From: a virus
Lineage: Duplodnaviria; Caudoviricetes
Reading direction: 5' to 3' (one strand)
DNA: 53,323 bases
IMG/VR virus record: IMGVR_UViG_3300035179_000011
Location: 1-53,323 of that record
Shown: one piece after another, positions 18,163-26,490 of the stretch
Numbering within the stretch: position 1 is the stretch's first letter
Layout of the letters: each line of letters begins with the position of its first letter
Position numbers and translations under genes: made by a program
Notes under the pieces: generated by a model
What the model was told of the DNA's origin: nothing
The model's database searches: none
Seen by the model: the letters and a program-made list of their open reading frames with translations, nothing else

Positions 18163-18668
18163 TCTTCAAAATGCTCCTTTGTTGTGTATGCGTTTCGAGA
18201 GTTGAAACAATACCAGAGTTTCCAGTTGGGCGGCACAACTTTCAAATTTGGATTCGTCCAATCTTGAAGTTCGCCATCGACGGTAACAACAGCGTGGAAT
18301 CCTGATGGCGTATTGTAGATATTAACCAAAACTTTGTAATATGGAATCAGTTTGTTGCGAACCAAAATTAAACATGCCAAAAGAATACTTCCATCTTCAC
18401 AATCCCCAAATCCGTCCGCAAGAGTTTCGTTTGGAAACTTCCAGAAATCCTTTTCTTCCGATTTGTAAATTATGTGAGTGTGAACCCAATCCAAAGACGA
18501 TTCAGTTGAAGAAAACTCAATCATCAATTTTCTCGGCAAGTATTTTGTGAAATCAAGAAACTTTGTCACTTCGATTGGTTCGGCACGTTTTGTGGTTTCA
18601 ATTATGCGAACTCGTTGGAGTCCGCGGTGTCGCATCAACCACCATTCCCTTAGCCAATCAAACATCAA
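18150..18668 (-). CDS. Transglutaminase-like cysteine protease
   Basis: GDCEDGSILLA (Cys), FHAVV (His), QDWT (Asp). Confidence 0.8.
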   Translation of the reverse strand: MMFDWLREWWLMRHRGLQRVRIIETTKRAEPIEVTKFLDFTKYLPRKLMIEFSSTESSLDWVHTHIIYKSEEKDFWKFPNETLADGFGDCEDGSILLACLILVRNKLIPYYKVLVNIYNTPSGFHAVVTVDGELQDWTNPNLKVVPPNWKLWYCFNSRNAYTTKEHFEEWKQ

Positions 18669-19285
18669 TCAACACTTCCATCCTCGTGAATATGTTTTAT
18701 TTGTCCGCCAAATTTACCGAGCACGTAAATTGTCTCCACTATTTCGTCTCGCAACGCGAGAACCTGCTTGTCCGCTTTCATAACTGCATTTGTGTCGTGG
18801 TAGCCACACGATGGGCAAGTTGGCGACACCATCACGATAGTTTGTTCGCCCCGCTCTGTGTGTTGACGAAACGTTTCCCGAAAGGCGACGTTGGAAACTG
18901 GCAATTGTATTTTCGGGTTTAACGATTTATTACTAAATTGCCACGAGCAACCGCACTTCAAGCAAACATGAAAGTCGTAAACTGTAATGGTGATTTCCTT
19001 TTTGGCAACCAGTTTATCTCCGTCGTTAAGATTAATTCTTTGAAAGGGCAAATTTGAGGGGTGAACGTCAACTTCGACGTGCTGCTGTGTTTTCAACGCG
19101 TTCTGCACCTTATTGGCAAAATCTTTAGAAAACGGATACCACCCAAACCCTTTCAAAGTCGGCACGTCGCTTAAATGAAACACGTTGAGGTTTTCTCGTC
19201 CTGTTTCCAAGTCAAACTGTGGCAGTGCCCGACCGTTCTTGTATTCGGCAACCCAGAAGTAAACGATGCGAGAGCGGTTCAACAT
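18665..19285 (-). CDS. Hypothetical protein with a split zinc ribbon
   Basis: CLKCG...CPSCG. Confidence 0.65.
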   Translation of the reverse strand: MLNRSRIVYFWVAEYKNGRALPQFDLETGRENLNVFHLSDVPTLKGFGWYPFSKDFANKVQNALKTQQHVEVDVHPSNLPFQRINLNDGDKLVAKKEITITVYDFHVCLKCGCSWQFSNKSLNPKIQLPVSNVAFRETFRQHTERGEQTIVMVSPTCPSCGYHDTNAVMKADKQVLALRDEIVETIYVLGKFGGQIKHIHEDGSVD

Positions 19286-19293
19286 GTTTTCAC

Positions 19294-21624
19294 CTAAGTC
19301 TTCGTCGGATAAACTTTGAAGTAATACGGCACTCCATCGATGTCTATTTTTACAAGTTTTGGCGTTCCAGAAAGCGTTGCGTCTGCTTCATTTAGTGGGT
19401 TTTTTATTTGATTATTCTTCATATCAAACTGAGTTGTATTGAAAAGATATTCAATAGTTCCAGCATAATCCAATTCAAGACCCGCATTATCTGCATATTG
19501 TCTCCAATCTTGATTGTGAATTTGTGCGAATCTAATACTTGGTGTCGGATTATCTCTACCTGCGTTGTAGGTTGATGCAAGCCATATAGTCGAACCGTCC
19601 AAATAAATTAGATTAGCACAACTTGCTCCTGTTGCGTATGGATATGGATATGAGTCCCAATAACCGCCTTGAACGCAAAAATTATCAAGAGTCGCAGAAG
19701 AATTTGCTGATGCTACTCCTGCGCCTGTTCCAGCCGTAATTGTTATTGCAGAACCATTGGCTATGACTGATGAGGCTGCTATAACCCATTGTCTGTTTGT
19801 GTTGTCATAACTTGCCAGTATTCCAATTTCTACCGCATCGTCTTTGACTTGTTTTCCGATGTCGGTAGTAACACAATTCACGTATCCCGTAGCACTTAGA
19901 TTCAACGATGAATGTGTTCTTATAATGCCTTGGAAAATTATGTAGTATGGGTCGCCTGATACTACCGCTTCAGAAAACGCAGATGCTACAGTGATTGTCT
20001 TTGTCGTTGCGTTGAATCCACTTATTGTTTTTGCTTCCCATCCATAGGTTGCACCTAAATAAACATATAGTATGCCGCCAATCCAGAAGTCTTTTGCCTG
20101 AACGAGGTGTTCACTCGTCGTGTCTATAAGCGTGGTTGTTGAACCGCCCGTCGCAGTCCAACCGAGACTTGAAAGTATTCCGTTTGCTTCAGCATACGCG
20201 TCATTTGCGATGTGTCCGTAACCAGAAATGTCCCATCCAAGACGATTAATACTTGCATCAACAGAAAACGTACACTGGTTTGCATTTCTATTGTTTATCT
20301 TTATTCCCGTTTCACAGAATACAACGCTTCCATGAAAATAATTTCGATTGGCTGTAGATGTATTTCCTATGTCAGAGTCAAGAAGAATGCCTATGCTTCC
20401 AGTTGGTATCACGTTTACAAAGGGGTCACGCCCGTGAATCTCTACATCAAAGTCATTTGTATAGCATCCCCACTCGCTATAATGAACGTTTACCTTTAAG
20501 CCGACTCCGTTTGTTGGAACATTTATTACTCTAAAATTGTGTCGTGTTTGCCAACAATCTTCGACGTGAATACCGATACTCGCAATCTGGTTCATGTCAA
20601 CTGTGCAATTTTGAATTCCGCCAAAAGAAGGGTAATGTCCATCCCGCGTATACTTTATCATTGTGTTAAATCCCAAAGTGGCTGTTGCCTGAATAGTCCA
20701 TCCGTTACAGTCTACTCGAATATGTTTATCGGTCAAAAGAAGGGTAGAATTTAATGGTGCTGTTTGCTCTCCAATAAACTGTATTGAGCCATAAAGAGTT
20801 ATGGCACCCACTGCAGCGTTGAAGACTGTCGCGAAATCAGTGTTACTAGAGAATATAGTGCCATCTTTGTCTAATGCATAGTATGTAGTGCCAGACTTGT
20901 ATAAACTTAGAACGAGTTTATATGGATGTAATCCGCCACCTCTACTGCCGTGTTGCGTATCAGTTAAAACTCCGCTTGCTCCACCAACTATATCTGGATG
21001 TTGCCCAGTGGTTGTTCGAGTTCCATGTATTGTATCGGTCATGGTTGTCCATGAAACGTCTGTTCCGTCGCTTTTCAACAGTTGATTTGCTGTGCCCTTA
21101 GCCAACCGACTCAGTTTAGGAGTGGCATTACCAACTAGAACATCGCCTCTGACAATTGACGCTGCTAAAGTGTCGCCGTGCTTTGCGGAAAGAATGTTGT
21201 GAACGTCTGCCGTGTTCTCGAAAGTTTGAACTGCTGAACCATTCCAAAACTTGTAAACGTTGCTGGTTGTGTTGAACCACCAATATCCTTTTTGGCTTGT
21301 GCCCCATCCAGTTGTTGACGGATCGCTCGCAAGTAGTGGACACGCCAACTGTTTGCCTTGGGCACTGTAGATTTTGCGTGCGCCCTGATAATCCTCTATG
21401 AAGAGAATCGAATTGCCATAAGTAACTGTGCCGTCCAACGTCATTTCTTTCAGGTAAATTATGCCGCCACTCGTGAGAGCGTTAACAGCGGCTTGCTGAA
21501 CGACGGCTTTGCTTGGGTCACTGTAATCTGTTCCGCCGCACGTATTGCACCGCGCCCAATACTTCGAGGTTGAAGTATCGTAATAAACCGTGTAACTCGA
21601 ATTTATCCTATCTTTTGTGCTCAT
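19294..21624 (-). CDS. Fibre/spike protein with a beta-helix-like central region
   Basis: Gly/Thr-rich; GDVLVG...LSRLAKGTANQLLKSDGTDVSW fibre motif; repeated GIxV/I strands; C-terminal YYFKVY. Confidence 0.7.
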   Translation of the reverse strand: MSTKDRINSSYTVYYDTSTSKYWARCNTCGGTDYSDPSKAVVQQAAVNALTSGGIIYLKEMTLDGTVTYGNSILFIEDYQGARKIYSAQGKQLACPLLASDPSTTGWGTSQKGYWWFNTTSNVYKFWNGSAVQTFENTADVHNILSAKHGDTLAASIVRGDVLVGNATPKLSRLAKGTANQLLKSDGTDVSWTTMTDTIHGTRTTTGQHPDIVGGASGVLTDTQHGSRGGGLHPYKLVLSLYKSGTTYYALDKDGTIFSSNTDFATVFNAAVGAITLYGSIQFIGEQTAPLNSTLLLTDKHIRVDCNGWTIQATATLGFNTMIKYTRDGHYPSFGGIQNCTVDMNQIASIGIHVEDCWQTRHNFRVINVPTNGVGLKVNVHYSEWGCYTNDFDVEIHGRDPFVNVIPTGSIGILLDSDIGNTSTANRNYFHGSVVFCETGIKINNRNANQCTFSVDASINRLGWDISGYGHIANDAYAEANGILSSLGWTATGGSTTTLIDTTSEHLVQAKDFWIGGILYVYLGATYGWEAKTISGFNATTKTITVASAFSEAVVSGDPYYIIFQGIIRTHSSLNLSATGYVNCVTTDIGKQVKDDAVEIGILASYDNTNRQWVIAASSVIANGSAITITAGTGAGVASANSSATLDNFCVQGGYWDSYPYPYATGASCANLIYLDGSTIWLASTYNAGRDNPTPSIRFAQIHNQDWRQYADNAGLELDYAGTIEYLFNTTQFDMKNNQIKNPLNEADATLSGTPKLVKIDIDGVPYYFKVYPTKT

Positions 21625-21683
21625 TTTTTCACCAAGTTATTAGAAAAAGAGACAATGTGAAATAGGCAAGCATTTAGTTGCCC

Positions 21684-22274
21684 CTAAATTTCGTCGTAAC
21701 TAAATGTCAACGTTTCGTCGGTTTGTTCGCCCTGCGTGGCATCAGTTGCCACTTTAGCTTGCAATACAACCGATTTGCACTTGCCCGCAGCCGTGTGGTC
21801 AGAACTATCCACAGTTGCTTTGTTTGCGCTAGTCCAATACGTGAAACTTCGTGTTTTAGTTGTTTGAGCGTTGTAATAGCCGTGTCCGTTCGTCGCGTCT
21901 TCAATCGTGTCGCCAGTCGTGCTCTCTGTGCCCGTTGCCAAATCATATTCCGTGTCCATTGGGCAGCCAATGTCGCCAGTGTCGCGGTTGCCAAGTCTTA
22001 ATTCGCCGTTTGTTCCAACGTTCCAGCCCAGTGTCCCATCGCCCCAAAATTTGATGTTGTTGATTTTCGTAAAAGTGCCGCCAGTTATTTTCAAATATAC
22101 GTGTATCCAGTAGGAATAGTTGAAGCCACTCGTCGGAATAGGAATTGGGTATGTAGTATCTGTAGGCGAAAACTGATCTTTTGTTTGCAAACGGGTACTC
22201 GCCGTTATTTCTGCTTCTGAAGGTGCACCGTCCGATCCGCCATAGCCTTGATACACTAAAACTGTTGCTACCAT
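21684..22274 (-). CDS. Beta-rich virion structural protein
   Basis: Thr/Gly/Asp-rich, ends LTFSYDEI; first gene after the conserved 32-bp promoter. Confidence 0.6.
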   Translation of the reverse strand: MVATVLVYQGYGGSDGAPSEAEITASTRLQTKDQFSPTDTTYPIPIPTSGFNYSYWIHVYLKITGGTFTKINNIKFWGDGTLGWNVGTNGELRLGNRDTGDIGCPMDTEYDLATGTESTTGDTIEDATNGHGYYNAQTTKTRSFTYWTSANKATVDSSDHTAAGKCKSVVLQAKVATDATQGEQTDETLTFSYDEI

Positions 22275-22313
22275 TTATTTGTCTCCAGAAAATAATAGTA
22301 ATCGTAAACGTTA

Positions 22314-22345
22314 TTTAAACGTTCTTTTATATATGCTAACAACTG
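22314..22345 (-). promoter_or_regulatory. 32-bp structural-gene promoter, copy 1
   Basis: CAGTTGTTAGCATATATAAAAGAACGTTTAAA followed by TTACGATTACTATTATT. Confidence 0.7.
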
Positions 22346-22373
22346 TTGAATTTAAAAAAAGGGGGAAATGCGG

Positions 22374-22553
22374 TTATTTCTTGCTGAGTATTTGTTTAAT
22401 CTTCGGGCTTTCAGAGAGCAATTCTTCAATCATGCGTGATTTGCTAATCTCTTCGCCCTTCATTTGTCGTTCGCGTCTAATCTCCAAGATTGCCTTGTAA
22501 ATTTCTTGGTCTACTGTGGCTGAAATATATGTTTTTCTTCGTTCGTTTGGCAT
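22374..22553 (-). CDS. Ribbon-helix-helix protein (not in ORF track)
   Basis: Hand translation MPNERRKTYISATVDQEIYKAILEIRRERQMKGEEISKSRMIEELLSESPKIKQILSKK. Confidence 0.75.
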   Translation of the reverse strand: MPNERRKTYISATVDQEIYKAILEIRRERQMKGEEISKSRMIEELLSESPKIKQILSKK

Positions 22554-22554
22554 T

Positions 22555-22914
22555 TCAATGTCTCCTTCGATTTATCCATGCGTACACTTTGCCGTGCGTG
22601 TTGTCTACGCCATCGTAATATTTGATGCGGATTTCAAACCATGCGGCTTCCAAATCGGCGGCATCTGTTACGGTGATAATTGCTGAAGCGTCTTTTGCTA
22701 CGCTTTGTTCGGTTACAACGGTTTCCCATTTTGCTTTAGCGTGGTCGGACGCTCGTGCTTCCACGGTGAACTTGATGGCGTTAACGTTGTCTTCTTTGAC
22801 ATAAACGAGAACTGACTTAAAATTTTGAACGTTGGCGGTTGCGCTGTATTGAGGAGCACCGCTGGCGGTTGTTGTTACCCCGTCAATTACAAGCATATAT
22901 TTTCCAAGTGGCAT
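22555..22914 (-). CDS. Putative capsid decoration protein
   Basis: 119-aa beta protein downstream of the MCP. Confidence 0.5.
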   Translation of the reverse strand: MPLGKYMLVIDGVTTTASGAPQYSATANVQNFKSVLVYVKEDNVNAIKFTVEARASDHAKAKWETVVTEQSVAKDASAIITVTDAADLEAAWFEIRIKYYDGVDNTHGKVYAWINRRRH

Positions 22915-22940
22915 TTTCTTTTTTCTCCAAGTGAGTTAAG

Positions 22941-23005
22941 CTGGGGATTACCCCAGAGTCAACACTTTTGTCCAACTTCAAAAATCGGCGTGGACACGCC
23001 TTTTT
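22941..23005 (-). terminator. Two GC hairpins after the capsid genes
   Basis: CTGGGG-ATTA-CCCCAG (22941-22956) and GGCGTG-GA-CACGCC (22987-23000); the latter is followed by T5 on the minus strand. Confidence 0.5.
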
Positions 23006-23010
23006 ACAAA

Positions 23011-23271
23011 CTAAATGTATCCCCACGCAATCCAGTAGCCGTCAGCAGCCGCGGTGAAATTGATTGTTATGGCACTTCCCGCAATTGGGAAAGTTTCTTG
23101 GACAGACGCTGCGGTAGCAGCACCATTTACTGTCAACGTCATTCGATTGACTATTCTAAGTCCAGTATTGACATCTCCAGTTGCAGTTGCACCGTCAGAA
23201 GTCCATGTGCCCCAGTGAACTCTAAATTTGCCCTCAACAGATTTTCCCGAAATTGCAGATGAAAAAGCCAT
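23011..23271 (-). CDS. Putative capsid cement/decoration protein
   Basis: 86 aa immediately after the MCP; ends GYWIAWG. Confidence 0.55.
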   Translation of the reverse strand: MAFSSAISGKSVEGKFRVHWGTWTSDGATATGDVNTGLRIVNRMTLTVNGAATAASVQETFPIAGSAITINFTAAADGYWIAWGYI

Positions 23272-23279
23272 GAAAATCC

Positions 23280-24371
23280 CTACTGCAAGTCCCTTATTTT
23301 GCCGCTCGTGTTGAAACGGTTTGCACCGAGTTCAGCGATAGTCAAGAAGTAGGCTTCGTTGGTTAAAGTGTCAGATGTTGGGAATGGTTTGCTAATGTAA
23401 TTAGTCGGCATCAGAACCTTGATGAACACGTTGGAAGTGTCTATCAAATAGATTCTGCTAATAGTATCCTTTTTCACGTCGTCGTCAAAGAATATTGGAA
23501 TGCCATCATACGTGCTTACTTGGAATCCGCCTTCAACGCCAGCCAATGTTTGAACGCCGTTTATTGTTTTTGTTGCCCACGCTTCGCCCATGAATCTTTG
23601 CTTTGCCTCTAACAGGCTCACCCAAGTGTCGTATGTGTCGTATCCCGTTAAGAAAATCAAGTCTTCAGTTCTTGCGCCCGCCGTCCTGCATTTTCTTATG
23701 AGTTCGTTGATAAGGCTCAATGTTAAATCTCTTGGTGTGGCACTGTTGTGTATGACTTGAGCATCGTAGGTTGTCGCGGCATCTCTGTCTACGCCATAGA
23801 TGTCTCCGTCTGTCGCGACATCAACCATGTTGTTGGCGACTGTAGACTCAGCCATACTTGAGCATACTCTGTCAATGCTTTCAATGTTGTTGCTTGCGAC
23901 TGTACTTACATCTGTGAGAAGCATCTTGTCAATTTCGTGCGCGTGTCCTTCAGCAAATGCTTGTCTCAACGCTGCTGGATCAAACACGTCGTCTTTGCCC
24001 ACCAATGCGTCCATTGTTAAGCTAACGTTCCACCCGCCGATTATCTGTTTCGGTGTTGCCTTCAACGTTGCCAAAGTCGGTTTCACAGTTTCTGGCAAAC
24101 TGGCTACTTCTGACACACCAGCCGCCCATGTTGGGGCTGTCGTCATAACGCGCCATCCAGACCTGTCCCAGACTTCTTTGCGTAGAAGACTCCAAACGTT
24201 CGATGCGAGGTTCAAATATGTGAAAGCTTGTCTTCCGTACAAGGCTGAATAGACAGTTGCGCCAGTGCCAGTGTACAATGGGGCATCCACTTTTTTGAAG
24301 ATTTGTCTCGCCATCTTCTGTGGTTCATCATACCACATTTTACAGTATTCTTCTATTGTAAAGTTGCTCAT
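23280..24371 (-). CDS. Major capsid protein (HK97 fold)
   Basis: 363 aa after the protease; GVSEVASLP, EIDKMLL, TYDGIPIFFD and GKIRDL patterns. Confidence 0.88.
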   Translation of the reverse strand: MSNFTIEEYCKMWYDEPQKMARQIFKKVDAPLYTGTGATVYSALYGRQAFTYLNLASNVWSLLRKEVWDRSGWRVMTTAPTWAAGVSEVASLPETVKPTLATLKATPKQIIGGWNVSLTMDALVGKDDVFDPAALRQAFAEGHAHEIDKMLLTDVSTVASNNIESIDRVCSSMAESTVANNMVDVATDGDIYGVDRDAATTYDAQVIHNSATPRDLTLSLINELIRKCRTAGARTEDLIFLTGYDTYDTWVSLLEAKQRFMGEAWATKTINGVQTLAGVEGGFQVSTYDGIPIFFDDDVKKDTISRIYLIDTSNVFIKVLMPTNYISKPFPTSDTLTNEAYFLTIAELGANRFNTSGKIRDLQ

Positions 24372-25984
24372 TGTTTTTCCTCCGCCATTTTCTCTATGAG
24401 AGCGTTGGTTTTGCGCCAGTATTGAGCGTCGCGGGGCGAAATGCCTTCAAACGTGTCCGCAGAAGAAAGTTCCTTTTTCTCTTCAAGTTGAGAGGCTTGT
24501 TTCACGTCGGGTGTCTCTTCCATCTTTGTCATTCTCTTGCCGAGTTCGTCGAACTTCGCCAAGAAAACGGCTAGTTTGCCCATCATATCATTAAACTTGG
24601 CTTCTAATCCGCCAATCTTCTTTTCAACTTCGCCAACGCGGTCTTCCTCGCGTGCCTTCTCTTCTTCAAGAACCTTCGACTTCATTTTGCCGAGAAGTTC
24701 TTGCTTGTTGCGCTCGTCCCTTTCTTTCAAAAGGTCTTCAATTTGAGTGTCAATAGTCTTAACGGTTTTTTGTATTAGCACGCATTTGCCTTCTGTATCG
24801 TTCCATTCTTGCCCTTCTGGACATGTGTGGTTTTGTTTACATTCTTCGCTCATTTTCTTTTCTCCTTTATTATAACAGAATCCACCTTCCGCAAAAGAAT
24901 CTTCAACGCCGAAATGTTTTAGGGCTGCACAAATTCTAGCCTTGACTTCGGGCGTTTGACATCCTTCAGCCTGATTGTAACGTGCCGCAGCATTGCGTGC
25001 GTGTGCCACGTCATTAATTGGCAACTTCCATTCGTCGCCGACGCGACACGCGTATCCGCCTGTTCCAAGCGTTTCAGATTGCTTTTGAGACGGAAAATTC
25101 TGTTCCTTGGAGAAATCGTTTTTCATTTTCGATTCCTCATGCACTTTAACGTTGTGCGAAACGGTCATTTTAGATGACTGTGAATTAAGTAAACTGAAAA
25201 ACGACAATTTGTTGCATGGATTTGTAACGTAGCTTAAATCGGTAACTTCAACGTCATACGACCAAACTATAGCGTTGCCAACTTGTTGACCTATACCCCG
25301 ATAAAATCCGCCGACGCTGTAGCCTTTCAACGTTTTGTTTTCAACAAGTTTCCTGAAAGCCTCATCTGGCTGGCTTTCAACGTACCATCCAATATCGTCA
25401 ACTTTTTTGTTTGTTATTTCGCCAGCAGGTATATCCGTGTGATGCATGAAAAAAACTGGCTTGTCATATTTCTCAACGCTTTCCTTATAGGATTCTGGAA
25501 GAACAATATCGCCGACACAATCACAAACCAAAGTGTTAGCATAGCCGCCTACAAACAAACCGTTCGGATCAACTTTGGAAAATTCGTTTTCTGCCAGAAT
25601 AATGTTGCCAATTTCAAAGTTGTTTTCAGCCTTGTCAAACTTTAGAAAGGGAAGTCGCAAATCGCTTTTAAGCAAGCCAGCATTAAACTTGGATGTTTTC
25701 GGATCGTAAACGCCGAGGGCTACAAGCGTATGCTCGTAGAAAGCCCGTCCAGCCTCGCCGAAACGCTCTATTAAAAAGTCGCGCACGCGATTCAATCGCG
25801 CTACAATTTGTGCTAAACCAGTCGGTTCTGTTGACGCGGATTCTTGTTTTCCTTCTCTCCATTGGGCAAAACAAATGGCTTGAATCTGCTCGTGAGGTCT
25901 CTCGCCTTCATGTTCTAAGAAAGAGATGCAACGACTTATGAAGTCGTTTTGGCTTTCGCCAGCGTTGGGTTTAGGAACTGGCAT
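24368..25984 (-). CDS. Prohead protease with accessory domains and coiled-coil scaffold
   Basis: GYANT..DCVGDIV, VFFMHH (His), LKGYSVGG (Ser), LSYVTNPCN; charged coiled-coil C-terminus. Confidence 0.85.
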   Translation of the reverse strand: MPVPKPNAGESQNDFISRCISFLEHEGERPHEQIQAICFAQWREGKQESASTEPTGLAQIVARLNRVRDFLIERFGEAGRAFYEHTLVALGVYDPKTSKFNAGLLKSDLRLPFLKFDKAENNFEIGNIILAENEFSKVDPNGLFVGGYANTLVCDCVGDIVLPESYKESVEKYDKPVFFMHHTDIPAGEITNKKVDDIGWYVESQPDEAFRKLVENKTLKGYSVGGFYRGIGQQVGNAIVWSYDVEVTDLSYVTNPCNKLSFFSLLNSQSSKMTVSHNVKVHEESKMKNDFSKEQNFPSQKQSETLGTGGYACRVGDEWKLPINDVAHARNAAARYNQAEGCQTPEVKARICAALKHFGVEDSFAEGGFCYNKGEKKMSEECKQNHTCPEGQEWNDTEGKCVLIQKTVKTIDTQIEDLLKERDERNKQELLGKMKSKVLEEEKAREEDRVGEVEKKIGGLEAKFNDMMGKLAVFLAKFDELGKRMTKMEETPDVKQASQLEEKKELSSADTFEGISPRDAQYWRKTNALIEKMAEEKQ

Positions 25985-26213
25985 TTGAACTACTCCAAGT
26001 TGTCGTGGTTGTGTATGTTACATTCGGATCATAATATGGCGGATATGGATACCAAGGATACCACGGAATCCACGGAACAAATTTGCATCCTTTATATTTT
26101 TTGCACGAGTTTCGCCACGCACAACTGTCGCATGGATTTTCAGGCTCATAACACGGTGGCGGTTGAATTGTGATTGTCGTAGAACCTTTGTTTGTTGTGA
26201 TTTGTCTGCTCAT
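25971..26213 (-). CDS. Small Cys/Pro/Tyr-rich hypothetical protein
   Basis: First ORF of the virion operon; CDSC...C; PWIPWYPWYPYPPYY. Confidence 0.5.
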   Translation of the reverse strand: MSRQITTNKGSTTITIQPPPCYEPENPCDSCAWRNSCKKYKGCKFVPWIPWYPWYPYPPYYDPNVTYTTTTTWSSSNASS

Positions 26214-26233
26214 TTCAAACAACCAACAACTAC

Positions 26234-26280
26234 ATGCATACACAACCTTTATATACTTTTATTATTACTAATATTAACGT
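26234..26280 (+). promoter_or_regulatory. Conserved 47-bp promoter/operator at the divergence point
   Basis: ATGCATACACAACCTTTATATACTTTTATTATTACTAATATTAACGT, then GGTGA and ATG. Confidence 0.8.
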
Positions 26281-26298
26281 TCCAAGAAAGGTGAAAAA

Positions 26299-26490
26299 AT
26301 GTCTAATTACGACAAACTTTCCCAATCTCGCGAGCGACCACTAAAATCCAAACCCAAAGCCACAATGACCGTGAGCATAAGCATGGAAGTGGCGGTTGCA
26401 CTCAACAAAACTTTTAAAAATTTCAAATCTAAGAGCGAGTGCGTCGAACACTTTTTAATTGAAGGACTCAAGAAAGAGGGAAAAATATGA
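26299..26490 (+). CDS. Ribbon-helix-helix regulator
   Basis: TMTVSISMEVAVALNK...SKSECVEHFLIEGL. Confidence 0.75.
   Translation: MSNYDKLSQSRERPLKSKPKATMTVSISMEVAVALNKTFKNFKSKSECVEHFLIEGLKKEGKI

Noticed and set aside
19294-21624. Diversity-generating retroelement targeting the fibre
   Set aside because: No reverse transcriptase and no template/variable repeat pair seen; the 41.6/41.8-kb duplication is not confined to adenine changes
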